A stretch of DNA of 64,000 nucleotides from Escherichia phage Murica. Position 1 is the first letter of the stretch. Every line of letters starts with the position of its first letter. Where the stretch lies: sequence record NC_041871.1; one strand, given 5' to 3'. The position numbers and the translations under genes were made by a program. Of the stretch, positions 1 through 7,756 are shown piece after piece. The notes under the pieces are model-generated. The model was given only the letters and a program-made list of their open reading frames with translations. It had not been told where the DNA came from and ran no database searches.

Positions 1-1983
1 TTATTTGGTGTTATTCTTTGCGTCGATCAGTTCACGGTATTCAATCATAGCAGGAGTGTCCCAATATTTCAAGCCCACATGCTTCAAAAGTGGATATTTC
101 TTTTCCAATCTTGCAATATAGGCCTTCCCGCACTTGACTCGGTTGGCGATTAAGATTTTGGCACGATGATTTAGCTCACTGTGCTTCCACGCGGTGTTAC
201 CTTCCCACTTGTGGAAATGTGGCCGATAATTTCCAAAATCTTGCATGGGGATAATTTTCCCTAATTGTCTATACAGGCTGTCATATGAAGTTTCATTTGC
301 TGCGCGAGTCAGTAAGAATTTCCAGGCGTCCTCTTTCAACAAATGTTCCACATTTTTCTCTGTAACATACTGGCAATCAGGATCAGTCCAAAGCAGACGA
401 GATTCTGATACCAGGTACAGATCTTCCCCTTCAGGAATCTGGAGTGCCGCACGCACACGGTCATAATTTTGCTGGTAGATGTTACTTAGCTGTCCCAGCC
501 AACAACTTCCACGTTGGATATCACCCTCATAAGGAATGCAGTGCTTAATCTTCTTGAACTCTGCCTTAGTAATACGTTCACGACGGAAGTAACCATCCTT
601 CTCAAGCTTTTTAACCCAATAACCTGGCTCGTAATGAGTTTTTGTTTCACCTTTCTTCGCAGGTCGGCGAGGGAGCTCTGATAACAATTTGACAGTATCT
701 GCAAAGAACGGATGGTGTGCCGCCTCTTTAAACTCTTTCACCAGATCCGTGTTCCGGCAATAGAAAACGTTGCGTCCGGTGATTTCGCTTAAGTAGTTAC
801 ACTTATTTCGGTTATATTTACCATCTCCGTCGTTAAATACAAGGTATACACCTCGTAAGAACTCCGACTTTCCGTAACGAGCATAGCCTATGCGGCCTTT
901 ATTTAAGCCGCCAGCGAAAATTTCACAATCGCCTAAGTCGCCAAGCCCTGTTTCTTCCCAACGGTTCCACATAAAGTTTTTGCCGAAGATGTGTCCGAAC
1001 ACTCCACTATTCTTCATCATTTCACGTGCTTCTGCGGAGGTTTTTGCCGTCTCCAGTTCTGCAATAACTTCTGCCCCGCGAAGACGTATACCTTCTTTGA
1101 CAAAGGCCTCCAGGCGATCCTGGAATCCACCGTCGTCATGGCCCTCTATGGTCCATTCACGCCCAGGGTTAATATTGCAATCCCCAATAGGAATTTCCAC
1201 GCAGATTGCAGGGTAATCGGTCAATGTCTCCAGGAACTTGGAGCGGTAAGGTTGGTGACCCATCACAACACGGCTCTCATCAGAACTGGTATAACCTTTC
1301 AGGATGGTCATTTTCCAGCCATCCTTCTCGTAATGATACTGTGCCTCAACCTTGTCACCTTCTAACATCTTACTGGTCATAGGATCGGTGACGATGAACG
1401 GAAACTTCGCATAGCGTAAGCACGATGCAATAGCAGTGCGATATTTCAGGACATGCTCTTTCTTAACATGGAACTGAACTTTTACCCCGTTGTGCTCTTC
1501 AGTCTTCCGCTCACGGATCTTGGTAACGTTTGGGATACCCTGATCCAAGAACAATAGATATGTGCTTTCAACACCATTGTGCACACTGATAACATCGAAA
1601 GTGTCCACCATACTGAACGGAGCCTTTGAACCAACACCTTTATTACCTACCAGAGCGTTGCTGTTGCGCTTGGTTGACTCCCCGAGATTCATGAAAGTGT
1701 TGCGGACCATCTCTTCTGACATGCCCAATCCAACGTCCTGCACAAAGAAGTATGGTTCAAGGTCTGTAGGAGAGTGAATGATGATCGGTACATCACCCCG
1801 TCCAGACTCAACATGGGAGTCCACAGCATTGAAGATTGGTTCACGGCAGCTTGCCAGCACCTTATCTTCGTAAATCCCTTTAATGATTAGCCCAAAAGTC
1901 TCTTTGTTCAGAGAAATTGAGCCCCTGGTGACCTCCATATTTCCGGTCAGCACTGCTTTAGTTTCATTACTGTTTACAATCAT
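1..1983 (-). CDS. GHKL-superfamily (Bergerat-fold) ATPase domain protein, 660 aa, large C-terminal region unassigned
   Basis: N-terminal 150 aa carries N-box (REPIFNAVDS), G1 box (VQDVGLGM) and G2 box (GNKGVGSKAPF) in canonical order and spacing. Start overlaps stop of the adjacent SleB-like gene (ATGA). TAA stop at 1-3, so the ORF is complete. Confidence 0.55.
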   Translation of the reverse strand: MIVNSNETKAVLTGNMEVTRGSISLNKETFGLIIKGIYEDKVLASCREPIFNAVDSHVESGRGDVPIIIHSPTDLEPYFFVQDVGLGMSEEMVRNTFMNLGESTKRNSNALVGNKGVGSKAPFSMVDTFDVISVHNGVESTYLLFLDQGIPNVTKIRERKTEEHNGVKVQFHVKKEHVLKYRTAIASCLRYAKFPFIVTDPMTSKMLEGDKVEAQYHYEKDGWKMTILKGYTSSDESRVVMGHQPYRSKFLETLTDYPAICVEIPIGDCNINPGREWTIEGHDDGGFQDRLEAFVKEGIRLRGAEVIAELETAKTSAEAREMMKNSGVFGHIFGKNFMWNRWEETGLGDLGDCEIFAGGLNKGRIGYARYGKSEFLRGVYLVFNDGDGKYNRNKCNYLSEITGRNVFYCRNTDLVKEFKEAAHHPFFADTVKLLSELPRRPAKKGETKTHYEPGYWVKKLEKDGYFRRERITKAEFKKIKHCIPYEGDIQRGSCWLGQLSNIYQQNYDRVRAALQIPEGEDLYLVSESRLLWTDPDCQYVTEKNVEHLLKEDAWKFLLTRAANETSYDSLYRQLGKIIPMQDFGNYRPHFHKWEGNTAWKHSELNHRAKILIANRVKCGKAYIARLEKKYPLLKHVGLKYWDTPAMIEYRELIDAKNNTK

Positions 1984-2480
1984 TTATTGCGCTCCTTGTA
2001 GTAGATATGGCTCCCGAATTGAGCTGTCCTCTGCATCTTTTTTGCCCATTTCGGTCGTACTTTGGTTGTATGGTAGTGTGTTGCTCCACCTGTTATGTCC
2101 ATAGCCATGTATGCAACATGGTTGTTATTATAGACCTTTAGAAGCATCTTTGCAAGACTTTTAGCGTGATCCCATGAATCTTTTTCTGTCACCTTAAAAG
2201 TTTTGCCGTGGTTTGTCCACGAAAACTGGTTAGGTTGGTAGACAATCTTTCTTATAGTGTCTGGGTATTTAGGGTGGGATTTCCTGTTTAGTGTGGCAAA
2301 CCCAGATGCCAGCATACCCATCGTGCCATCTCCTCTAGCTTCCCTGTAGATATTGCATGCCAGAATGTTTTCCTTAGTATCTGATGGCTTGCAAGTATGA
2401 TATACTTTTTGTTTTGGTGCTGCAACAACAGGCAGCGATAAAAGTGCGCTCAAAATAATAGCAAAGATCTTAATTTTCAC
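1980..2480 (-). CDS. SleB-family cell-wall hydrolase with N-terminal signal peptide (candidate secreted endolysin)
   Basis: Motifs NIYREARGDG, LNR, QFSW and GGATHYH match the SleB/Hydrolase_2 pattern. N-terminus MKIKIFAIILSALLSLPVVAAP is signal-peptide-like. GTG start with GGAG 8 nt upstream. Confidence 0.7.
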   Translation of the reverse strand: MKIKIFAIILSALLSLPVVAAPKQKVYHTCKPSDTKENILACNIYREARGDGTMGMLASGFATLNRKSHPKYPDTIRKIVYQPNQFSWTNHGKTFKVTEKDSWDHAKSLAKMLLKVYNNNHVAYMAMDITGGATHYHTTKVRPKWAKKMQRTAQFGSHIYYKERNK

Positions 2481-2500
2481 AATGACTCCAAATAGAAAAT

Positions 2501-2516
2501 CCCCGCCGAAGCGGGG
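2501..2516 (-). terminator. hairpin CCCCGC-CGAA-GCGGGG, minus-strand terminator or attenuator 20 nt upstream of the SleB-like start
   Basis: Perfect 6-bp GC stem with a 4-nt loop, followed on the minus strand by ATTTTCTATTT. The same 16-mer recurs at 28932-28947. Confidence 0.5.
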
Positions 2517-2529
2517 GAGGTCTTAGAAA

Positions 2530-2910
2530 TTAATCGTAGTGTGCCAAAATCTCTCCATCGTTGCAAGTTCCCTCTACAAAGTTATGAAGATTCATGCACT
2601 CATCTTGATAGAAGAATTTACCGCTTTTCAGCCGTAGGCCAAACAACTCCGCATCTCCACGATGGCAAGCCTCTACAAGTTCATAGATTTCATACGGCAA
2701 CTCTCCGTCGTCATGGAAGAATCCAGCCTTATCGTTGACATAAATGAAGAAATAATCACTGCTATCGCAAGCGTCCAATATTTTAAACCAGACTTCATCT
2801 ACATCTTTTTCTCGGATATCGATCACGCAAGTGGAGCTGCATTCGTACTCCTTCTCCGGCTCCTCGGTCAATACCACCAGGTAGTTTCCCCGCTTACCTA
2901 CTTTAGCCAT
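2530..2910 (-). CDS. hypothetical protein (start trimmed to MAKVGKRG)
   Basis: ORF 2530-2958 in track. The ATG at 2908-2910 has a strong SD (AAGGGGGG) and lies 10 nt after the stop of the AAA+ gene; the longer start would overlap that gene. Confidence 0.45.
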   Translation of the reverse strand: MAKVGKRGNYLVVLTEEPEKEYECSSTCVIDIREKDVDEVWFKILDACDSSDYFFIYVNDKAGFFHDDGELPYEIYELVEACHRGDAELFGLRLKSGKFFYQDECMNLHNFVEGTCNDGEILAHYD

Positions 2911-2920
2911 ACAACCCCCC

Positions 2921-4105
2921 TTAAGCTTTAGCCAAAATGGCGCTAAACTCTTCACCAAACTCTTTTACAATCTTCATCAGGTTTGGGTATGCTTTGATCA
3001 GCTGAGCAACAATCTTGTCACGCCCTTTACCGATAAGCAAGGCATTTCCTAAGGCATTAGGTTTCATCATCGCCATAAAGACTGAGAATACAAAATCTCG
3101 GTTCTCGTCCTTGAAGTTTTCCCAAAGGAAATCGAGGAAGTTTGCCACGCAGCTGACAAGATCTTCGTCTGAGATACTTGCATTTTCCATCATATTGCGA
3201 ATAGCGATACAACCTTCAGATCCAAGAATCCACAAAATGTCTGGCTGCTTAGGACCTACGTATTCTTTGCAGCCACCTGCCATAATCCGACCGATTTCCG
3301 GTAAATTACGTTTCTTGGTGTGGTAAGTCCAGATCTCTACCGCTGCAGTGTGACCAATAGCACCTTGTAGAAGAACACGGGCCATAGCGTCAGAAATAAT
3401 ACCGCTGTCAAAATCGTGCAAGATGTCAGATGCAGCAACCCAAGATCGTGGTGTGGCAAAAGATGGACAATTAATCTCAGCCATAGCCTCATAATTATCA
3501 ATAGCTGATGGAACTCTTTTCAGATACCCAATTACAGAGGAGTGAACCCCGTTGAGGAATGCGTAGTCCTCAATAAACACCTCTGCATTGCTTGTAACCT
3601 CTACAATGATAAAACGGTTAGCCAGAGGGGCTTCGAGCGCCGAAAGAACCGCACCATCTGTAGAACGGTTACCCGCAGCCACAAAAACAGAACCCTTAGG
3701 GAATGCATAGGTGCCGCACTTGTGGTCAAGCATAATTTGCATTGCAACCTTTTGCAGGTAGTTATCTGCATGAGTGAGCTCATCCAGAAAGATAATTCCG
3801 CTCCAGTCAGGATCCGCAGGCCAAAATTCTGGAATTGCAAACACTGTACGTGTAGTTCCATCCGCTTCTACAGGGATAGGTAGCCCAGATAAGTCGGCAG
3901 GATCTTTATCTGACAGTCGCACGTCAACAAGGTTGTCATCTCGCTCACCGAACATATTATCAGCGATCTGCTTCATCACCTGGCTTTTACCCACACCCAT
4001 TGGTCCCAAAATTAGGACAGATCGGCTATGACGTTGGGCAAACTGAATAATAGCTGGCAACTCACGGACAGTGATTTGACCACTTTCGAATACGTTTCTT
4101 GACAT
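2921..4105 (-). CDS. AAA+ ATPase, MoxR/CbbQ/CobS-like (AAA_5-type)
   Basis: Walker A GPMGVGKS, Walker B IIFLDEL, sensor-1-like VAAGN. 394 aa. Confidence 0.7.
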   Translation of the reverse strand: MSRNVFESGQITVRELPAIIQFAQRHSRSVLILGPMGVGKSQVMKQIADNMFGERDDNLVDVRLSDKDPADLSGLPIPVEADGTTRTVFAIPEFWPADPDWSGIIFLDELTHADNYLQKVAMQIMLDHKCGTYAFPKGSVFVAAGNRSTDGAVLSALEAPLANRFIIVEVTSNAEVFIEDYAFLNGVHSSVIGYLKRVPSAIDNYEAMAEINCPSFATPRSWVAASDILHDFDSGIISDAMARVLLQGAIGHTAAVEIWTYHTKKRNLPEIGRIMAGGCKEYVGPKQPDILWILGSEGCIAIRNMMENASISDEDLVSCVANFLDFLWENFKDENRDFVFSVFMAMMKPNALGNALLIGKGRDKIVAQLIKAYPNLMKIVKEFGEEFSAILAKA

Positions 4106-4374
4106 TAGTAAAAGTCCTCTACTTGTGTGTAAGTGTTTTCAAAGTTTTCCAAAACAGATATCACATCGAATCTGTCAATATCATACGTGACTCTCCAGTT
4201 GTACGCAACCCTTTCTGCTGTTGCCTCTTCTGGCGCTAGTCGTCTGCTGGCATAAAAGAGTGTTGGAGTACACTTTCTTGCTTGCCCTCTAACTTTCCCA
4301 TAATAATATCTGTGAATATCTTTGTCAAAATTTAACTCTTTTTCTGCACGAAGTTCATATTGCTGGTATAACAT
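4105..4374 (-). CDS. hypothetical protein, 89 aa
   Basis: ORF in operon context; start overlaps the upstream stop (translational coupling). Confidence 0.4.
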   Translation of the reverse strand: MLYQQYELRAEKELNFDKDIHRYYYGKVRGQARKCTPTLFYASRRLAPEEATAERVAYNWRVTYDIDRFDVISVLENFENTYTQVEDFY

Positions 4375-4418
4375 CTCTACTACTCCTTAAGCAGCATCCT
4401 TGCCGCCATTCCTGCCCA

Positions 4419-4799
4419 CTAAAATGCAGTCCGAATCCAGACAAGGTTCTTATCTGCCCAATCATAGAGGCAAGTCATTGCACTATTGAATTGCTCACAC
4501 GGAGGATAATCTTCTTCCATCTGGCGCATAGCAGAGCCTTGTGGGTAAAGCTCCCGTGCTGCAAACCACGCGTCGTAGTCATCAACGGTGTCGAAGTAGT
4601 ATACAACATCCTCTAACTCAGGATCGAACTTTGAACTATCAGGATCCAGTTGTTCAGGGAACTTGGAGCGTAACTTGCCAGCCACAATACTTGCCAACTC
4701 GCTAACATGCTTATTGTCCCACTCCACTAGCTTCCCGTCTTCAGTGATGCGTCCTAACCACTGATCATGAAGGTCAACTGTTGTCTTCCACTGAGCCAT
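4419..4799 (-). CDS. hypothetical acidic protein, 126 aa
   Basis: ORF in a compact early operon; D/E-rich composition. Confidence 0.45.
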   Translation of the reverse strand: MAQWKTTVDLHDQWLGRITEDGKLVEWDNKHVSELASIVAGKLRSKFPEQLDPDSSKFDPELEDVVYYFDTVDDYDAWFAARELYPQGSAMRQMEEDYPPCEQFNSAMTCLYDWADKNLVWIRTAF

Positions 4800-4801
4800 T
4801 A

Positions 4802-5059
4802 TCAGTCCACCTCTTCTTCTCGTTGTAGTTCAAGATACCCGTAGGTCTGGACATCTTGAAGGGTGTGGAACTCCCCCTCTGCCGCTAAGGCACGAACAAC
4901 TTGGCACAAAACCTTATGAGGAACTTCATCCAAACCTAGATTCAGTGCAGGAAACACCTTATCTAAGTCAACAAAATAAACGAACTGTAGCTCACCAGCT
5001 TCAAAAGGTGTATCTTCAATAAACATCTTCTCGGCATTAGTCAAGATCTGCACTTTCAT
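4802..5059 (-). CDS. hypothetical acidic protein, 85 aa
   Basis: ORF, tightly packed; acidic C-terminus (QREEEVD). Confidence 0.4.
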   Translation of the reverse strand: MKVQILTNAEKMFIEDTPFEAGELQFVYFVDLDKVFPALNLGLDEVPHKVLCQVVRALAAEGEFHTLQDVQTYGYLELQREEEVD

Positions 5060-5415
5060 TATTCTACCTCCTCTTCTTTTTCTTCGGCATTAGTTTCATG
5101 GCTACCCCACTCGGGAGTTTCCACCTCGATAGTAAACTCACGCACTACACGGTAATTGCCCATGAAGCGCTCTACTTCGTCAAGGCTTATGGAGAGGCCA
5201 TTGGCAACCAGGTCTGCAGCACCCTCTTCTACCAGGTAGTCCAGATTGGCTTCCAGAGCCTCAGGTTCAAACCCTGTCAATGCAATCAGATAACCTTCCC
5301 CTTCATCAGGGAGGACAATACAGCCCAATTGATTTTCTTTAAAAAGGCAGTGACCATCATTATTGATTGGGTGTTCATTGCAGTAAATAGCTGCACGATA
5401 AGTAACTTTAGACAT
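5059..5415 (-). CDS. hypothetical highly acidic protein (start trimmed to MSKVTYRA)
   Basis: Track ORF 5059-5436. ATG at 5413-5415 has GGAG 9 nt upstream and sits inside the 29-bp repeat. Strongly E/D-rich with a poly-Glu C-terminus. Confidence 0.45.
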   Translation of the reverse strand: MSKVTYRAAIYCNEHPINNDGHCLFKENQLGCIVLPDEGEGYLIALTGFEPEALEANLDYLVEEGAADLVANGLSISLDEVERFMGNYRVVREFTIEVETPEWGSHETNAEEKEEEVE

Positions 5416-5420
5416 CGGTA
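5392..5420 (-). repeat. 29-bp exact repeat, copy A (inverted relative to copy B at 7254-7282), spans the start codon
   Basis: Reverse complement of 5392-5420 equals 7254-7282 (TACCGATGTCTAAAGTTACTTATCGTGCA). Confidence 0.9.
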
Positions 5421-5428
5421 AGGTCTCC

Positions 5429-5707
5429 TTAGGCAATTGTCATTTTACATTCTTGAAATTTTAACACAAGACGGTGATTGTGTCTAGTGTCTAAAAAGAT
5501 TTTTTCAACCATCAGGCACACGGTATAACCGTCCATCTTGTTGACAACAAAATCTCCAGGATGAGGGAGGATGTCTCCCGGATTGGGGAAACATAGTCCA
5601 CTCAGAAAGGCATCGTCAGTGGTGGACTTAATAGATTTCCACACACTGTCTGCCTGAACATGTTCACCGACGTAATATACATTACCACATGCCTTCATCA
5701 TAGTCAA
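5429..5707 (-). CDS. hypothetical protein, 92 aa
   Basis: ORF in operon context. Confidence 0.4.
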   Translation of the reverse strand: MTMMKACGNVYYVGEHVQADSVWKSIKSTTDDAFLSGLCFPNPGDILPHPGDFVVNKMDGYTVCLMVEKIFLDTRHNHRLVLKFQECKMTIA

Positions 5708-6603
5708 ACCCTCGCATAAATTAAACTTGTATCAGTATACTTCTTTAATGGGTAAATATCCTGTCCATAGATGCAATCATTAAACACCTCATCTACCCAA
5801 AGGCTACACTTATATCCCATCATTTCTAAAACACCCATCTCTTCTTCGGTAAACTTATCACCGCTCTTGCAAGATGTCAATACCTCATTCTGAACTCTTG
5901 CTACCTCGAAGCGGTTATTGGCAATATCGCTATTGGCGATCAAATACTCACCTAGAGGGTGTGCGGCATTAAAGATGCACAGTGGACGGCTGACGTAATA
6001 GTCTCCAGGTGTATAAAAATTGTTGAGGTCTTTCACTAGAACATTCTTATCAGTCACTTCATTTATAACATCATGCATATCGCACATCTTTATATGTTTG
6101 AGGATTCCATCCCCCATCACAAAATAAAAACTTGCTGAGACACTTTCGGCATAGATCTTACTAGATCCGTTGTAGTTGTATTTTACTCGGATGCTAACGG
6201 GGGTTTTTCCTGTCGCGTTAGCCATCATCCAAAGAAATGGCAGCTCATACTTCTCCTCTGAGGAAACAAAAGGTGAGGTAGCCAGAGATCGAAAACCTCC
6301 AGAGAAGTTGAAAGTTACAGAACCGCTCCGGCGGTATGATACCGCGTATTCTACTTTTATATCGACATACCCATTGGAATAGGTGTGTCCTTCATTATCT
6401 AAATATGTCCACTTATCAGACCCAGATACCAATCTACGCTCAATAACCTTCATCACTATAGGAATTAATGGGTTGGTACAAACCGCTTTTGAAGTAGCTT
6501 TATCATCTAAAGCCTCGTAAATTGCAGAAAGGATGTCCCCAGCTGAAAGATTGGTTGTTATGTCCTGTTTCCACCGCGTACTAAAACTGTTAAGATTTGC
6601 CAT
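5704..6603 (-). CDS. hypothetical protein, 299 aa (first gene of the minus-strand accessory operon)
   Basis: ATG at 6601-6603 preceded by AGGAG; sits directly downstream of the minus-strand promoter. Confidence 0.5.
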   Translation of the reverse strand: MANLNSFSTRWKQDITTNLSAGDILSAIYEALDDKATSKAVCTNPLIPIVMKVIERRLVSGSDKWTYLDNEGHTYSNGYVDIKVEYAVSYRRSGSVTFNFSGGFRSLATSPFVSSEEKYELPFLWMMANATGKTPVSIRVKYNYNGSSKIYAESVSASFYFVMGDGILKHIKMCDMHDVINEVTDKNVLVKDLNNFYTPGDYYVSRPLCIFNAAHPLGEYLIANSDIANNRFEVARVQNEVLTSCKSGDKFTEEEMGVLEMMGYKCSLWVDEVFNDCIYGQDIYPLKKYTDTSLIYARV

Positions 6604-6643
6604 AAGTAAGTGCTCCTATGTTAGTTTTCTTTCGAATGGGTGC

Positions 6644-6672
6644 ACTATATTGTGGAGTTAGAGTAAAGTCAA
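6644..6672 (-). promoter_or_regulatory. sigma70-like promoter, TTGACT-N17-TATAGT, minus strand
   Basis: -35 is reverse complement of 6667-6672, -10 is reverse complement of 6644-6649, 17-nt spacer; about 40 nt upstream of the 6603 start. Confidence 0.55.
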
Positions 6673-6685
6673 CACGTTTTTGATG

Positions 6686-6714
6686 TTGACATCTGTTGAG
6701 ACAATTGATACGAT
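6686..6714 (+). promoter_or_regulatory. sigma70-like promoter, TTGACA-N17-TACGAT with TG extended -10, plus strand
   Basis: TTGACA at 6686-6691, 17-nt spacer, TACGAT at 6709-6714 preceded by TGA; upstream of ATG 6746. Confidence 0.5.
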
Positions 6715-6745
6715 TTCTTCACTTACAGAGCACGAGAGACGACTC

Positions 6746-7723
6746 ATGAATCTTGAAAAATATTATACACCAGAAGAGTTAGAGCGCTTGCTCAAAAAAT
6801 ATAGACGCAAACAGAATAACGCACGGAAACGAGATATAGAGTTCGACCTGTCATGGGAAGAATACCTCCTATTTGGTAAAAAACTTTTAGGAGATGGAGT
6901 ATGCGACTATACCCTTATACCTTTTGACATGCACACAGATGAAAACGGGCTGGGGAATCCTTTCTACCCATCCCTGGAGCGGATAGATGATGAAGGTCCT
7001 TATGCGGTTGATAACTGTTGTGTGGTGGGATTGAGATGCAACTCTCTAAAGGACTGTCTGGTAGATAAAAAGACTGCAGTCTTGATTAAAGACGAAACTG
7101 ATCGAAAAATTGTCCAGCAGATGATGCTCCACCTGAGCGAAGAGCGTATGGAGAAATTGAAAGGTGATTATACTTTTGAAGATTTCATCTTGCAATATGG
7201 AACGGAAGAGGATAAACTAGCACTCTTTGACGAAGAAGAGGAGGAAGATATGCTACCGATGTCTAAAGTTACTTATCGTGCACCCAAGAAGCACATTTCC
7301 GACATTGTAAACGAGCCTATCACAGAAGAGATTGAAGAAATGACGCAACAGGTGCATGAAGAGGAAAAAGAGACTCAGGAGGTCGAAGAGGAGCTTACAG
7401 AAGAGGTTCCTGCACTACCTGATGATGTTGAGATTGCCAAAGCTTACACTTTCTATTGTCAAACGTTCTACGATGTAGGTATGAAAGTTGATCTGTCGTT
7501 CAGCCAATTTAAGAGTTCGTATATTCGCAAATGCTGTGCTTTAACTGGTGAACGTCTTGGAGCTGGACTTAAACCCCTGTTGGTGACCGACTGGAATAAA
7601 GGTTTCACTAAAGGAAACTTTATGGTAGTATCTCCAATTATGGAGAAAGCTATGACAGATCTTATGAAGACCACCCGCATGACAATGACCGAGTTGGCAG
7701 GTATTTTCAAACACGTTAAATAA
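6746..7723 (+). CDS. hypothetical protein with an internally duplicated Cys-containing domain and an acidic linker
   Basis: Track ORF starts at TTG 6680 inside the promoter; re-called to ATG 6746 (GAGAG upstream). Both halves share the pattern D-x-x-F/L-x-x-S ... G-x-Y ... N-x-x-V. Contains copy B of the 29-bp repeat internally (…MLPMSKVTYRAP…). Confidence 0.5.
   Translation: MNLEKYYTPEELERLLKKYRRKQNNARKRDIEFDLSWEEYLLFGKKLLGDGVCDYTLIPFDMHTDENGLGNPFYPSLERIDDEGPYAVDNCCVVGLRCNSLKDCLVDKKTAVLIKDETDRKIVQQMMLHLSEERMEKLKGDYTFEDFILQYGTEEDKLALFDEEEEEDMLPMSKVTYRAPKKHISDIVNEPITEEIEEMTQQVHEEEKETQEVEEELTEEVPALPDDVEIAKAYTFYCQTFYDVGMKVDLSFSQFKSSYIRKCCALTGERLGAGLKPLLVTDWNKGFTKGNFMVVSPIMEKAMTDLMKTTRMTMTELAGIFKHVK
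7254..7282 (+). repeat. 29-bp exact repeat, copy B
   Basis: Identical to the reverse complement of 5392-5420; encodes the same peptide MSKVTYRA. Confidence 0.9.
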
Positions 7724-7727
7724 TGAC

Positions 7728-7744
7728 AGGGGCCAATGGCCCCT
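7728..7744 (+). promoter_or_regulatory. intergenic hairpin AGGGGCC-AAT-GGCCCCT
   Basis: Perfect 7-bp stem immediately after the TAA at 7721-7723 and before the RBS (GGAG) of the next gene. Confidence 0.4.
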
Positions 7745-7756
7745 TCTGGAGTTTTA

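Noticed and set aside
1-1983. GHKL protein as DNA gyrase/topoisomerase subunit or histidine kinase
   Set aside because: No Toprim or transducer motifs, no His-kinase H-box or dimerisation domain, no transmembrane segments visible; only the ATPase fold is supported.
6680-6745. Track start of ORF 6680-7723 at TTG 6680
   Set aside because: The first 66 nt coincide with a TTGACA-N17-TACGAT promoter; the ATG at 6746 with an SD is the more plausible start.
7736-7756. ATG 7736 as start of the vWA protein
   Set aside because: It lies within the intergenic hairpin 7728-7744 and has no SD; the in-frame ATG 7757 has GGAG at the correct spacing.
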